This document shows positions 40,670 through 50,612 of a stretch of DNA of 64,000 bases, in pieces (within the stretch, counting starts at the first letter, position 1; the number at the start of each line of letters is the position of its first letter). This DNA comes from Candidatus Latescibacterota bacterium (GTDB lineage Bacteria > Latescibacterota > UBA2968 > UBA8231). The position numbers were made by a program, and so were the translations under genes. The stretch lies in the NCBI GenBank assembly GCA_965242865.1, contig CBDETK010000013.1, positions 3,232,001 through 3,296,000 of the forward strand, written 5' to 3'. Under the pieces are notes generated by a model that saw only the letters and a list, made by a program, of their open reading frames with translations, ran no database searches and was not told the DNA's origin.

Positions 40670-43600
40670 TCAACGTTGATCGCCAAATTGAAGCGCTCTC
40701 TGCCTAGGGGCCTGAACATCGTCGCGGGCGGCGACGTGGTTGCTCAGGGCTTCGAGAGTTGCTCGCTCGTCGGAGCCGGCGTCGGCTAGTTCGATGAGGG
40801 CTTGGAGGAGCTGGTTGCTCAGGGCGTTGCGCTGGAGGCCGCGGGTGTCGAGGTAATCGTCCACTTTGGCTTGGTCGCCGGCGCGCCACAGGTGCATGAG
40901 CTTGTGAACTTGATCGATGAGGGGGACGGGGCGGCCGCTTGGGGCGGCGAGGCCGAGGGTGCGGCCCTGCCGCCGGTTCCAAGGTTTGAGCTTGACTTTG
41001 GCACCGCCGCCGGTCTCTTCCGCGTCCTCCGGTGGGTCGTCCTCGTCGCTGGCTGCGCCCTTGCCCGATTGGGCGAGGAGGTCGTGCTGATTGACGAGGG
41101 CTGTGTCCGAGAGGTTGCACGATAGGGCGTAGAGGATGCAGCCGCCGACCGGGGCCTCGGCCATGCCGAAATCGTGGCGATGGAGCAGGTAGTACGTGGT
41201 TACGTCGTCGAGGCCGGTGGCGGCTTCTTGGCCGTCGCGGGTGAGGACGCGGCCGACGACGAAATCGACGACCATGCGCCGCACCTCGCGCAGGAACTCG
41301 GAGACGGTCATGCGTTGGTTCGGGTCGTTGGCCTTTTTGACGACCGGGTGCTTGCTGAAGGCTTCAAGGGCCGGGCCGGTGGCGGCCCACACGAAGTCCG
41401 GGCCGCGAATGCCAGCGTCCCAAAAATCGCGGAGTTGGTAGATGATGTTCTCGCGCATGTCGCCGAGGACGAGGTTGTCCCAGCCGGGGCGAGCCGGCGG
41501 GCGTTTTTTGCAGACCAGCCAGACGGAGGAGGCGAGGGCCGCCGATCCTAATGAACGGGTTCTGTTGCTCATCTCCGTCTGGATGGGCCACGATCCATCG
41601 ACGACAAAGCCAGATCGGATCAGGGCGGCTACTAGCGTCTCCCAAGCATCGGGGTGTTTGTTGGCGAATACGACCACGAGCCGCCCGTCCGGCTGCAACG
41701 CAGCATGACAAGCCCGGAACGAGCGGGCCATGCCGTCTTCATAGTTCTGCTTGGACCGCTCTTTGTCACCACCAAATCTGCTAGCGTCGTCTATGAGTTC
41801 GCCATCGCTAACATCCTGATTCCATTTTGGCCCAAGTGCTTCGCAAAATGCCGCGTCCATTTCTGGAGATAGCCCATGTGTGGACCGCCTGAGCCATACG
41901 TAGAAAAAATCCATGGAGTCTGAGTAGGGAATGGCGTCGTAGTACGGTGGATCAGTGATTATCACATCAAACTGTCCCGGAATGCTGATTGCAGAACTAC
42001 AGGAGACCGTTGGTTGGGTCTCCAGATTTGGTATCGCAATAGCTGTATCAATAGATCTCGTGACAGATCTCAGCATTGACTCCCAACTACCAGAGGCTCC
42101 TCCTATAGGAGAGGACTCCGCAAAATCCCATTTAATTGGTAGCGCGAATCTATTGAACAAATGGGTAATTTGTTCATTCTGTGTGTACCAAGAACAAAGT
42201 CCGTTACAATAGTCAAGCTGCTTACTAACAACGCACAGCAAATATCCAATAACACCTTGAATCCAAACGTCGCTAGGCGATGTTCGGATTGGAATACTAC
42301 GGAGTATAGAAATCAGTACGGCATAGCTAGTAAGCTGCCGATTCGTAAACAGTTTCCGCCACGTGTCGAAGCCGTAACCATCTACCGAGAAGGCTCGCGA
42401 CGCGCCGGTTCCTGCTTTGGGCGTCTGTTCCTCCGGCAACCCAAACGGAATGTCCGCATACAACACTTGAAGCTGTTCCTCAGTCACTTCTGCCACCGCC
42501 CGCTCATGGTCCGTCGGCAAACGATATTCCTTCCCCTTCCCCTTCGGCCCATCCACCACCACCGCCGTCATCACCGCGCCCAACCGCCCAGCGCGGCCCT
42601 CAAGCCGAATGTCTTCCATCGTCGTGATCGCGCCGCAACAAGGGCAGGTTGCGCCGGTGCGCGACATAGTGCCCGCGCCGACGCGCTTGTCGTGCTCCCG
42701 TCGCTGCGCCGCATTGCCGCCGTTGTGCGGCACATCGTTCTGGACGCCAAAGACGACGCCGGTCTGGTCGGCTTTAGGCTCCATCGTCAGCCGCACGCGC
42801 TTTCTGTCCTTCTTGCACAGCCAGCGCGTCTTGAGCAGCGGCAGCATGGCGCGGCATTGCTTACAGGTCACAGTCCGCGCCCACAAATAGGCCACCGTCG
42901 GCTTGGCGATCCAGCGCGGGTTGCGCGGGTCCGCGAGATAGGCGTCGTCAAATTCGGCATTGAGCGGATCGACCTGCGGAACGCCCGCATCGTCAACTTC
43001 TAAAAGCCGTCTATGCTCACATTTCGCACCCGGCTTCAGCGGCTCAAACTCGGCATACGTCGGATAGTACGCCGCCAACTCCACACGCGCCTTGGCCAGC
43101 ACCCACCGGCCCCAAGCCCGCACGTGCCAAGCGAGATCCGCCTCAAGAATGGGATCATCCTGTCGCAAAAAATCGAGCTGAACTTCGCCGCCGTCGCCGT
43201 GGCCGAGCCGCTCCAAGACGGTTCGCAAGCCCGCCCCCTTAAACCCCTTCGCTTTCAGGAACGCCGCCATAAATTCGCCATCGGCCAGCGCGAACTTGGG
43301 CAGCGGACGAGTCTGACCGGCGAGCTTCTGCGGATATTCGAGGGTACACTTGAGGATGAACCAAGCGACCGGATTGATGTCCATGGCGGTCACGTCGCAG
43401 CCGAGCCGCATAGCTTCAAGCGGAATGGCCCCGCCGCCGGCGAACGGGTCCAGCACCTTGGGCGCACGGCCATACTCCTTGCGAATCTCGTCGCGGAACC
43501 ATTGAAGCTCCGGGCCGTTCTCCCGCCCCCAATGGAGAATGCCGCCGACCGTCTCCTCCTTCACCTTCTCGACCACCCGCCCATTCACCCGCTTCCGCTC

Positions 43601-43852
43601 AATTTTCTCGACGACGCGCCCGGCCAGTCGCTCCAAAATCTCCTGCCGTTGCTTGGAATTGCCGGGATCGGCAAGCAACGTCGCAATCAGTGCTGCCCGC
43701 GACGCCGCGAGGGGCCGCCGCGCCGGCCAGATATGCAGCGTCGAGATATGCCCGTGCCGCACATTCTTCTCGTGAACCGAGTCGAGGGACGCCTGCTTCA
43801 GGGGAAAGACGACTTCGATGAGACGAGGAGGCATTTGGGGATTGTGTTGCAT
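40670..43852 (-). CDS. DUF1156 adenine-specific DNA methyltransferase
   Basis: HIWPARRPLAASRA, LDPFAGGGAIPLEA, CxxC zinc motifs, TDPPYYD. Confidence 0.92.
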   Translation of the reverse strand: MQHNPQMPPRLIEVVFPLKQASLDSVHEKNVRHGHISTLHIWPARRPLAASRAALIATLLADPGNSKQRQEILERLAGRVVEKIERKRVNGRVVEKVKEETVGGILHWGRENGPELQWFRDEIRKEYGRAPKVLDPFAGGGAIPLEAMRLGCDVTAMDINPVAWFILKCTLEYPQKLAGQTRPLPKFALADGEFMAAFLKAKGFKGAGLRTVLERLGHGDGGEVQLDFLRQDDPILEADLAWHVRAWGRWVLAKARVELAAYYPTYAEFEPLKPGAKCEHRRLLEVDDAGVPQVDPLNAEFDDAYLADPRNPRWIAKPTVAYLWARTVTCKQCRAMLPLLKTRWLCKKDRKRVRLTMEPKADQTGVVFGVQNDVPHNGGNAAQRREHDKRVGAGTMSRTGATCPCCGAITTMEDIRLEGRAGRLGAVMTAVVVDGPKGKGKEYRLPTDHERAVAEVTEEQLQVLYADIPFGLPEEQTPKAGTGASRAFSVDGYGFDTWRKLFTNRQLTSYAVLISILRSIPIRTSPSDVWIQGVIGYLLCVVSKQLDYCNGLCSWYTQNEQITHLFNRFALPIKWDFAESSPIGGASGSWESMLRSVTRSIDTAIAIPNLETQPTVSCSSAISIPGQFDVIITDPPYYDAIPYSDSMDFFYVWLRRSTHGLSPEMDAAFCEALGPKWNQDVSDGELIDDASRFGGDKERSKQNYEDGMARSFRACHAALQPDGRLVVVFANKHPDAWETLVAALIRSGFVVDGSWPIQTEMSNRTRSLGSAALASSVWLVCKKRPPARPGWDNLVLGDMRENIIYQLRDFWDAGIRGPDFVWAATGPALEAFSKHPVVKKANDPNQRMTVSEFLREVRRMVVDFVVGRVLTRDGQEAATGLDDVTTYYLLHRHDFGMAEAPVGGCILYALSCNLSDTALVNQHDLLAQSGKGAASDEDDPPEDAEETGGGAKVKLKPWNRRQGRTLGLAAPSGRPVPLIDQVHKLMHLWRAGDQAKVDDYLDTRGLQRNALSNQLLQALIELADAGSDERATLEALSNHVAARDDVQAPRQRALQFGDQR

Positions 43853-43856
43853 CGCT

Positions 43857-44972
43857 TCACGCATTTTCACCCAAAGGAACACGCTCTGAGCCACAACCGA
43901 ACTTCCGCTCAGCAGAGGCCATGAGTTCCTTTTGGCACTGTTGCGATACCACTTCGGCAAAATCACACGGTACCGCATTGCCAATTACGTTGCAGACATG
44001 TCCCATATATGGGGTATCGAACCTATAATCCTTTGGAAACGTCTGAAGCAATGCCGCTTCGCGAACAGAGATCGTTCTATCCTGCACTGGGTGCCCAAAT
44101 CGACCTTTGCTAAATGTCGTGCATCCGCCGGTTATCGTGGGAGCCGGCTTATTCCATTCCATGCGGCCGTACACATTAGTGAAACCCTCATAACGACCTT
44201 GGTGACAAGTAGGTCGTAGTCTTTCAGGAATGCTCGTCCAAGTCTTCCCCGCTTTTGCAGCCTTAATACGCTTCATGTTTTCCGGCGAAAGCGTTCGCAC
44301 GATATGCCAGTCCGACTGTCGAACTTCGCCGCGCTTATTAGCCTCTTGGAGAGTAATAGGCTCAAGCATGTGCCCGATTGCATCTTTCACTGTTTTCCAG
44401 AGAGATAACCCATTTCTCCCCTCACTAGAATGCGTCGGCTTTGGCAGTTCAATTTTGAAACCAAGTCCGCCGAGTAACACCAAACGCCGTCGAAGCTGCG
44501 GAACTCCATAGTTAGCGATTTCTAGCACACCATCTGCTAGCCAGTAACCGAGCCGCTCAAGTTCACGCTTCAGTTCTCCGTAGAGTAATTCACCTTTACT
44601 AGTTAATCCGGGAACATTTTCCATCATAATTGCTCTCGGTCTTATCTCTTTTGCCAAGCGAGTCATTTCAAAAATCAGCATATTTCGAGCGTCATCCCTT
44701 CTGTACTTGGCAGTTAAGCTGGTAAAACCTTGACAAGGTGGGCAACCCGCCAGCAAGTCGATTCTATCTTCACCGGCTAGTTCTAGCAGATGTTTCCCAG
44801 AGATAGTAGTAATATCTTGTCTCAAAGCGATAACTTCAGGATGGTTGGCTCGATAGATCGCATAGGCATTTTCTTCGATCTCCACTGCTGCCACGACCTC
44901 AAAGCCCGCTCGCTTTAATCCGACAGTTAAGCCGCCGCCACCCGAAAAAATATCAATTGCTTTTAGCGACAT
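43857..44972 (-). CDS. C5 cytosine DNA methyltransferase
   Basis: DIFSGGGG, GCPPCQGF, ENV, QLRRR, IGNAVP. Confidence 0.95.
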   Translation of the reverse strand: MSLKAIDIFSGGGGLTVGLKRAGFEVVAAVEIEENAYAIYRANHPEVIALRQDITTISGKHLLELAGEDRIDLLAGCPPCQGFTSLTAKYRRDDARNMLIFEMTRLAKEIRPRAIMMENVPGLTSKGELLYGELKRELERLGYWLADGVLEIANYGVPQLRRRLVLLGGLGFKIELPKPTHSSEGRNGLSLWKTVKDAIGHMLEPITLQEANKRGEVRQSDWHIVRTLSPENMKRIKAAKAGKTWTSIPERLRPTCHQGRYEGFTNVYGRMEWNKPAPTITGGCTTFSKGRFGHPVQDRTISVREAALLQTFPKDYRFDTPYMGHVCNVIGNAVPCDFAEVVSQQCQKELMASAERKFGCGSERVPLGENA

Positions 44973-44973
44973 G

Positions 44974-47076
44974 CTAATGGCTCTCCGTGTTAGAAACTAG
45001 ATCGCGTTGCCTGTTCGCTTCCGTCAAAAAATCTTTATGCACCATTTGGATTCGCAGTAAAAAGTCCTTCCAGCTAATGTGAGTCAGCTTTTGACTCCCA
45101 CGGTAGCCGTCATAGGCTGCTTTTTGAGCACCCTTTAAAGCCAATTTGTCGCATACAAGGGTAATGTGAAAGTCGTTAAAAAATTTTTGAAATTGGCTGT
45201 TCTTATCATCAGATAGAAATTCCTCCATAAGGTCGTGATAGTTGACAATTCTGTCCATCTCTTCGTTTTTCAAGGCGTGTCCGGGTTTCTTTATCTCGAC
45301 GATCTGAGCTACGCCTTCCTGACTTGACAAGACAAAGTCAGGTCTCTTGGCTGTGCTCTGGAAATCCGATAGTGAAATAGCCTCTCCAGTCTCTGATTCG
45401 TAGTATTTTTCAAATTCCTTTCTCAAGCTATTGAGCGACTGGTTTGCGGTTATTGGTGCCCATTCGGGATTGATCAGCCAAGGGGCGTCCTCGATGAGAT
45501 TTTGAAAGCTATCTTCCTTGATGTTCGCGTCGTCTTTTAGAGTCTCTAAACGCTCAATCACCTTCAAACGCTTCTCTGCAATTCGGCCAAACGACGAAAG
45601 TTCTGCAATGCGAGCGGTTCTCAAGAGAGAGCTGAGCACTTCAAGAGGCGTTTCAGTTTGCTTCGCAGCGTCCCTCATTTTTTCGTCAAGAGTTACGTGT
45701 GGAGCGAGAGTTATGCTTAGATCGACTAAATCGTCGATCGCTTCTCGGTCTTCTATCTCTGCCCGACTGATCGTTCGACCGAACATCTTGGCAACATCGA
45801 TAGCCTGCTTTCGGATCTCCCTTTCGTCGTTAGACGGATAAGTCTCGTGGACGCGCTCCTCTACACGTCCAGTTTCAAGAAACAAGTCTAACGTAGCCTT
45901 TCGTATCGGATCCCGTGCCAGAGTGCCGATTCGCCGAACAATTTCCTGACCCCATTTTTGGAAGGCAGAACCTAGTTCATCAGACCAAAGAATATCTCGA
46001 CGATCCGTCTGTATGAGATCTTCGTCTTCGTCGAGCCAGTCTGCCTGCAATTGGCCGACCAAATAGGAGCGAATAGTGTGCTCTCCTGTAAAGCCGGCTG
46101 CTTTATTAAATACTAATGTTTGTGCGGCAATTTTTCCGCGACAGTAGATTCTTATTCCTGCCATCAAGTCGTCTTTGTACGGCTCCTTTGAATACGCAAC
46201 CCAACCTTTTACAGGGTAAAATTTTTCATTGTAATTGAATCCCGCCTCAAAACCGCAAATTACATTGCCGTCAGGTCCGATAACCTCATCCTGCTGAAAT
46301 GAAATGCGCGTATTTGGCATCGTTTGAACGTCGAATTCACTTATAGTCCGCGAATAATCAGGGTCAGAAGAAGACTTGGTATTGTCTTGAAGAATTATCT
46401 TCCAATCTTGAGATGGAATCCCAAAACGCTGGGCAATCTGTCGGGAAAGGATTTCAATGTTAGAAACTAGCCGATAGTTGAAGTTTCTCAGTATTACTGT
46501 CGTCCCAGTTTTATCACGGAGCGTATCGTCGAATTGTCCAGCAGATGGCTTATACGGCTCATTCGGCTCATCATCTTCTGCAATGATTTCGTCGTAATTC
46601 AAGATGATATGTGACGTTAAATATCCTCGTTTCTCCTTCCCATTCTCCGGCTTGCTGATCTCCTCACCACCCGTACTTATCACTTCAATAATTTTGCAAA
46701 TTCCGAACGGTGCTAGCTTACCGACGCCCTTCCTGCCCATGACTTTTCGCCTGTATTTCGGTGAAGTTGAACCCCGACGAGAGTCCGTCCTGCGGTCGGC
46801 ACCAATAACCAGAAAAAACTGTTGCATCTGCTCAGGAGTCATGCCAGTACCATCGTCGGCGATTTTAATCTCAAGATTTTTACTGGAAAATGAGCCATCT
46901 TTTTCTTTTACTGCGAGAAATTTTCCCATGGGAGCATGTACGACAACCTCTCGCGCATCGGCGTCGTAGGAGTTCGAGATAAGTTCAGCAATAACTGCCG
47001 ATACCTTATCATAGAGCTTCACTCCGAGCTTATCGACCGTAAGCCGTGATATCCTCATGCTATATTCGTTAGCCAT
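44974..47076 (-). CDS. GHKL (MORC-like) ATPase with C-terminal PD-(D/E)XK-like domain
   Basis: ELISNSYDADA, DDGTGM, GRKGVGK, GTTV; RPDFVL...IVEIKKP. Confidence 0.85.
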   Translation of the reverse strand: MANEYSMRISRLTVDKLGVKLYDKVSAVIAELISNSYDADAREVVVHAPMGKFLAVKEKDGSFSSKNLEIKIADDGTGMTPEQMQQFFLVIGADRRTDSRRGSTSPKYRRKVMGRKGVGKLAPFGICKIIEVISTGGEEISKPENGKEKRGYLTSHIILNYDEIIAEDDEPNEPYKPSAGQFDDTLRDKTGTTVILRNFNYRLVSNIEILSRQIAQRFGIPSQDWKIILQDNTKSSSDPDYSRTISEFDVQTMPNTRISFQQDEVIGPDGNVICGFEAGFNYNEKFYPVKGWVAYSKEPYKDDLMAGIRIYCRGKIAAQTLVFNKAAGFTGEHTIRSYLVGQLQADWLDEDEDLIQTDRRDILWSDELGSAFQKWGQEIVRRIGTLARDPIRKATLDLFLETGRVEERVHETYPSNDEREIRKQAIDVAKMFGRTISRAEIEDREAIDDLVDLSITLAPHVTLDEKMRDAAKQTETPLEVLSSLLRTARIAELSSFGRIAEKRLKVIERLETLKDDANIKEDSFQNLIEDAPWLINPEWAPITANQSLNSLRKEFEKYYESETGEAISLSDFQSTAKRPDFVLSSQEGVAQIVEIKKPGHALKNEEMDRIVNYHDLMEEFLSDDKNSQFQKFFNDFHITLVCDKLALKGAQKAAYDGYRGSQKLTHISWKDFLLRIQMVHKDFLTEANRQRDLVSNTESH

Positions 47077-47255
47077 TTCCCTGTTCCTTGTAGGTTTTTT
47101 GCCTATGATGTATGCTTTCGCGGCTTAACAGCCTCCTCATACCGCCCATATCCGATAGTCAAAGTGCTGGTACAGGAGACTAACCGCTCGCTCTTAAAAT
47201 AAAAGCTATTGACTCGATGCAACCAAGACTTGCCCTCAACGCCGCTCCAATTGCC

Positions 47256-47281
47256 TCTTGAGCCACACGGCCGGCAGCCTT
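47256..47281 (-). pseudogene. 26-bp relic of the aspartic protease gene 3' region
   Basis: tcttgagccacacggccggcagcctt matches 30468..30493 with one mismatch. Confidence 0.65.
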
Positions 47282-47326
47282 CTCACAATTTCCCCGATGA
47301 GCTTGACCCGCGCAACCGCGTCCCCC

Positions 47327-50300
47327 TCACTCGGCGGCCTCTATAACAGCCCCCGGAGTGATGGTGTAAGCGATGGACTCGCGGCTCCTGACGAGCAGCT
47401 TGGCAAACGGGTCGCGCACCCGCACCAACCGCGGGTGCGGCGTGGCGCAGTCGAAGACGACGTAGAGCCAGTATTCGTCGCGGAGATTGCACGCCTTGGC
47501 CCATTCGTTCTCGCTCATCTCGACATGGCCGGTCCCAGCCCGGCCCTTGACTTCTATGGCGCGTCGTTCCCCGCCAGCGCGGTGGGAAAGCAGATCAAAG
47601 CCCGGCCAATCGGTCAGCCCGGCGCGCCGCGCCAGCTCGGGCCGCGAAACATCCTGCACTTGGGCACCGCAGCGCTTCTCATAATCGGCAGCCACCTGCA
47701 CGGCGATGGCTTCGACATCGGCGTCGTAGTGCTCAGCCTCTGCGGAATCCTCGGCCGGCACCACGAGGGCGTGAACGAGGAACTCAAGCGCACCGGCCTT
47801 GATGAGGTCTGGCTCGGCTCGCAGTTGGGCGAGGCGCTGGTTGCGCGAAGCCGTCACCCGCCGCTGCCGTTTCTTGACCTTGGCGAGTTCCCCCTCGGCG
47901 TGCGGATCACCAGCGCGAGCCATGGTGCTGAGGCGGAATCGGGCCGCGGCGAGTTCGGCCGCCTGAAAGTCAAAGCCGCGATTGACGAACTCCAAGCGGG
48001 CGGGCAAATCCTCGAGGCGACGCTGACGCTGGGCTTGCGCGACGCGCTCGCTCACTGTCTCGCGGATGAACCGGGCGGCGTCAACGACCATGCCGCGCGA
48101 TAGAGTCGCCAGCGGCACCCGGCTCGGGGCAAAGCCGTGATTCCCTCTGAGCAGCAGCAAATGCTCAACCGGGCACTCCTCTAAAGTCCCGTCACCCCAT
48201 TGGCGCAACCCCAGCAGGCGCAATTCGAGAAGCTGCGGAGCGGTTGGGCTGTCCTGTTCGACGGAAATCAGGGCAATGTGAAACAGGTATGCCTCGGCCG
48301 CATAAGGGTCGGTGAACACGGCCCCTTTGAGGCCATCGCGCCCGAAGCGCCTCAAGACCGCGTCTGAGAGGCCATCGAACACCGGTTCGCCGGGGTGCAG
48401 CCAGACCGTGCTTTCGCGGTTCGCTGGCTTGTACACGGTCAGCCGTTCGCGCGCTTCTTCGGGATAGACCAACAAGGCATCGGCCGTGCGGGGCCGGTCG
48501 GGCACCAACGCAAAGGCGGCTTCCAAATCGCCCTCGATCCGCAAGCCGAGTAGGGGCGCGGCTCGCTCCACGAAGCGGCGCACGTATCCGGGCAGCAACC
48601 GGCGATAGTTTTCCCGCTCGGCTTCTTTGTTGAGCTGAGCCAATCGCTGGCGCACCTCGCCGCCTTCCCCAAAGAGCACCCGCTCTCTTTCGGCAAGTGC
48701 TTGGACCTGTTGCTCTGTAAGGCGGCCCTCCAAGTGCTCGGCAACGGGGTCGGCGTCTTCAGCCAGATAGTCCCGCATGGACACCCCCTCAAACAGCCGG
48801 CCCACCACGTCAAAGACCTTGTCGGATCGGAGCTGCCGGCGGATCGCTTCGAGCTTGTCGAGCAGGGTCTTTAATACCCGCCCTTCGCGCGTACCGCCGG
48901 CCACCAGATTGACAATGACCACTGGATCGCGCTGCTGACCGTAGCGATGGATGCGTCCCATTCGCTGTTCGAGCCGCGCCGGATTCCAAGGGATGTCGTA
49001 GTTCACCATCAGCCAGCAGAACTGTAGATTGATCCCCTCGCCCGCCGCGTCCGTGGCCACTAGGTAATTGGCCCCGCCTTCGGTCGCGGGTCGGCGGAAG
49101 AACTCGACTTGGTGCTCGCGCTGCTCGTAGGGCAGGCCGCCGTGGATCAGGGCGATCTGGCCGGTAAAGCCGAGGCTTTCGAGCCGGCGCACCAGAAACT
49201 CCGCGGTGTCGCGGTGCTCGGTGAAGACGATGAGCTTCTCGTCGCGGTACTGGGGGTCGCGGAGCACCTCGCGCAGCTTCTCAAACTTGGACTCCTCGCC
49301 GGTGTGGAACAGGTTCCGGGCCTTGTTGAGCAGCGATTCGACCTTGAGCCGCTCGGCCTCCAACTCGCTGAGATTGACCGCGACCGTGCCGCTCAGGGCC
49401 TTGTCCTCAAAGTCCTCGTGTTGCTCGCCCCCGCTCTCGCTTGCGGTCTCTTCATCGGCGGTCCGCGTTTCAAATACATCGTCGAGCTTGCTGAGGCTCC
49501 GTTGCTGGCGGGCGAGGTGTTCCTCGGTGAGCCGCCCGTTGCGAATGTCGTCGATCAGCCCGGCCAGCTTCTCTTGACGCCGCTCAAACGAGCGCATGAG
49601 GGCGTAGGTGGAGCTGGCGAGCCGCCGCTGAAAGACGCTCATGGCCAAGCGGGCCGCGGCGCGGTTCAACACGCCGGCGCGGTTGTAGTAATACCGGATG
49701 TAGGCGGTCGTCTCGTCGTAGAGCTCCTGCTCGCTTTCTCGGCCTTGCGAGAGCTCGTAGCTCAGGGTAGCGCAGTTGCGCTGGGGATACAGCGGCGAAC
49801 CATCGAGGCGGACCATTTCCTCTTTGGTCCGGCGGATAAAGTGCTTTTTCCGAGCTTGGTGGGGAAAAGTATCGAACGCGTCGTAGGTCGAGAGCGCGTC
49901 CGGCAGCAGCAGACGCCACAGGCCGTAGTAGGGATAATCCTTGCCCGTATGCGGCGTGGCCGTCAGCAACAGCAGGTGTTGGGCGGACCAAGGGAGAGCC
50001 CAACGCTCGTCCTCTACCTCGGCCCCGGCTAGGGCTTCCGCCAGCTTGTACCGATATGTCTTGCGCACCCGAAAATCCGGCTGGCGGTCCGCAGCTAGCT
50101 TGTGCGCCTCGTCAAAGACCACGAGGTCGTAGGCCGCGGTTGGCCCGGCTTTGAGGCAGCCGAACATGCGGTCCCCGGCCAAGGTGTCGATGCTGACGAT
50201 GGTCCGGTCGCTCTCCGGGCCGAGGAAGGGATTGCCAGCGCGGGCGTCTGCGCCGCTGACGATGCGGAACGGCAGGCGAAACAGGGTGCGCAGCTCCCGT

Positions 50301-50602
50301 TCCCAGTTGCCGACCAAGCCCGCCGGCGGCACGATCAACACGCGACCGATGAGGCGGCGGGACAGCATCTCGCGCACGTATAGGCCCGTCATAATGGTCT
50401 TGCCGGCCCCGGCGTCGTCGGCCAGCAAGAATCGCAAAGGGGCCTGTTGCAGCATCTGCTCGTACACGGCCAGACGCTGATGCGGCAGTGGGTCGATCAG
50501 CGATGTTTCCGCGGCGAATGCTGCATTAAAAAGATGCCCGTAGGCGAGACGATGCGCCTCGGCGACGGCTGAGACCGCCTTGGGGTCGGCCGAGAAGTCC
50601 AT
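47327..50602 (-). CDS. SNF2-family helicase with C-terminal DUF3883 nuclease-like domain
   Basis: LLADDAGAGKT, DEAH, TATPH, EQRMGRIHRYGQ; GFDLLS...IEVKGR...SENEW...YWLYVV. Confidence 0.92.
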   Translation of the reverse strand: MDFSADPKAVSAVAEAHRLAYGHLFNAAFAAETSLIDPLPHQRLAVYEQMLQQAPLRFLLADDAGAGKTIMTGLYVREMLSRRLIGRVLIVPPAGLVGNWERELRTLFRLPFRIVSGADARAGNPFLGPESDRTIVSIDTLAGDRMFGCLKAGPTAAYDLVVFDEAHKLAADRQPDFRVRKTYRYKLAEALAGAEVEDERWALPWSAQHLLLLTATPHTGKDYPYYGLWRLLLPDALSTYDAFDTFPHQARKKHFIRRTKEEMVRLDGSPLYPQRNCATLSYELSQGRESEQELYDETTAYIRYYYNRAGVLNRAAARLAMSVFQRRLASSTYALMRSFERRQEKLAGLIDDIRNGRLTEEHLARQQRSLSKLDDVFETRTADEETASESGGEQHEDFEDKALSGTVAVNLSELEAERLKVESLLNKARNLFHTGEESKFEKLREVLRDPQYRDEKLIVFTEHRDTAEFLVRRLESLGFTGQIALIHGGLPYEQREHQVEFFRRPATEGGANYLVATDAAGEGINLQFCWLMVNYDIPWNPARLEQRMGRIHRYGQQRDPVVIVNLVAGGTREGRVLKTLLDKLEAIRRQLRSDKVFDVVGRLFEGVSMRDYLAEDADPVAEHLEGRLTEQQVQALAERERVLFGEGGEVRQRLAQLNKEAERENYRRLLPGYVRRFVERAAPLLGLRIEGDLEAAFALVPDRPRTADALLVYPEEARERLTVYKPANRESTVWLHPGEPVFDGLSDAVLRRFGRDGLKGAVFTDPYAAEAYLFHIALISVEQDSPTAPQLLELRLLGLRQWGDGTLEECPVEHLLLLRGNHGFAPSRVPLATLSRGMVVDAARFIRETVSERVAQAQRQRRLEDLPARLEFVNRGFDFQAAELAAARFRLSTMARAGDPHAEGELAKVKKRQRRVTASRNQRLAQLRAEPDLIKAGALEFLVHALVVPAEDSAEAEHYDADVEAIAVQVAADYEKRCGAQVQDVSRPELARRAGLTDWPGFDLLSHRAGGERRAIEVKGRAGTGHVEMSENEWAKACNLRDEYWLYVVFDCATPHPRLVRVRDPFAKLLVRSRESIAYTITPGAVIEAAE

Positions 50603-50612
50603 GGGCGATTAG

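Noticed and set aside
43853-43984. Extended N-terminus of the DUF1156 ORF
   Set aside because: Overlaps the C5 MTase 3' end; the ATG at 43852 directly follows the MTase stop and precedes the conserved RLIEV motif.
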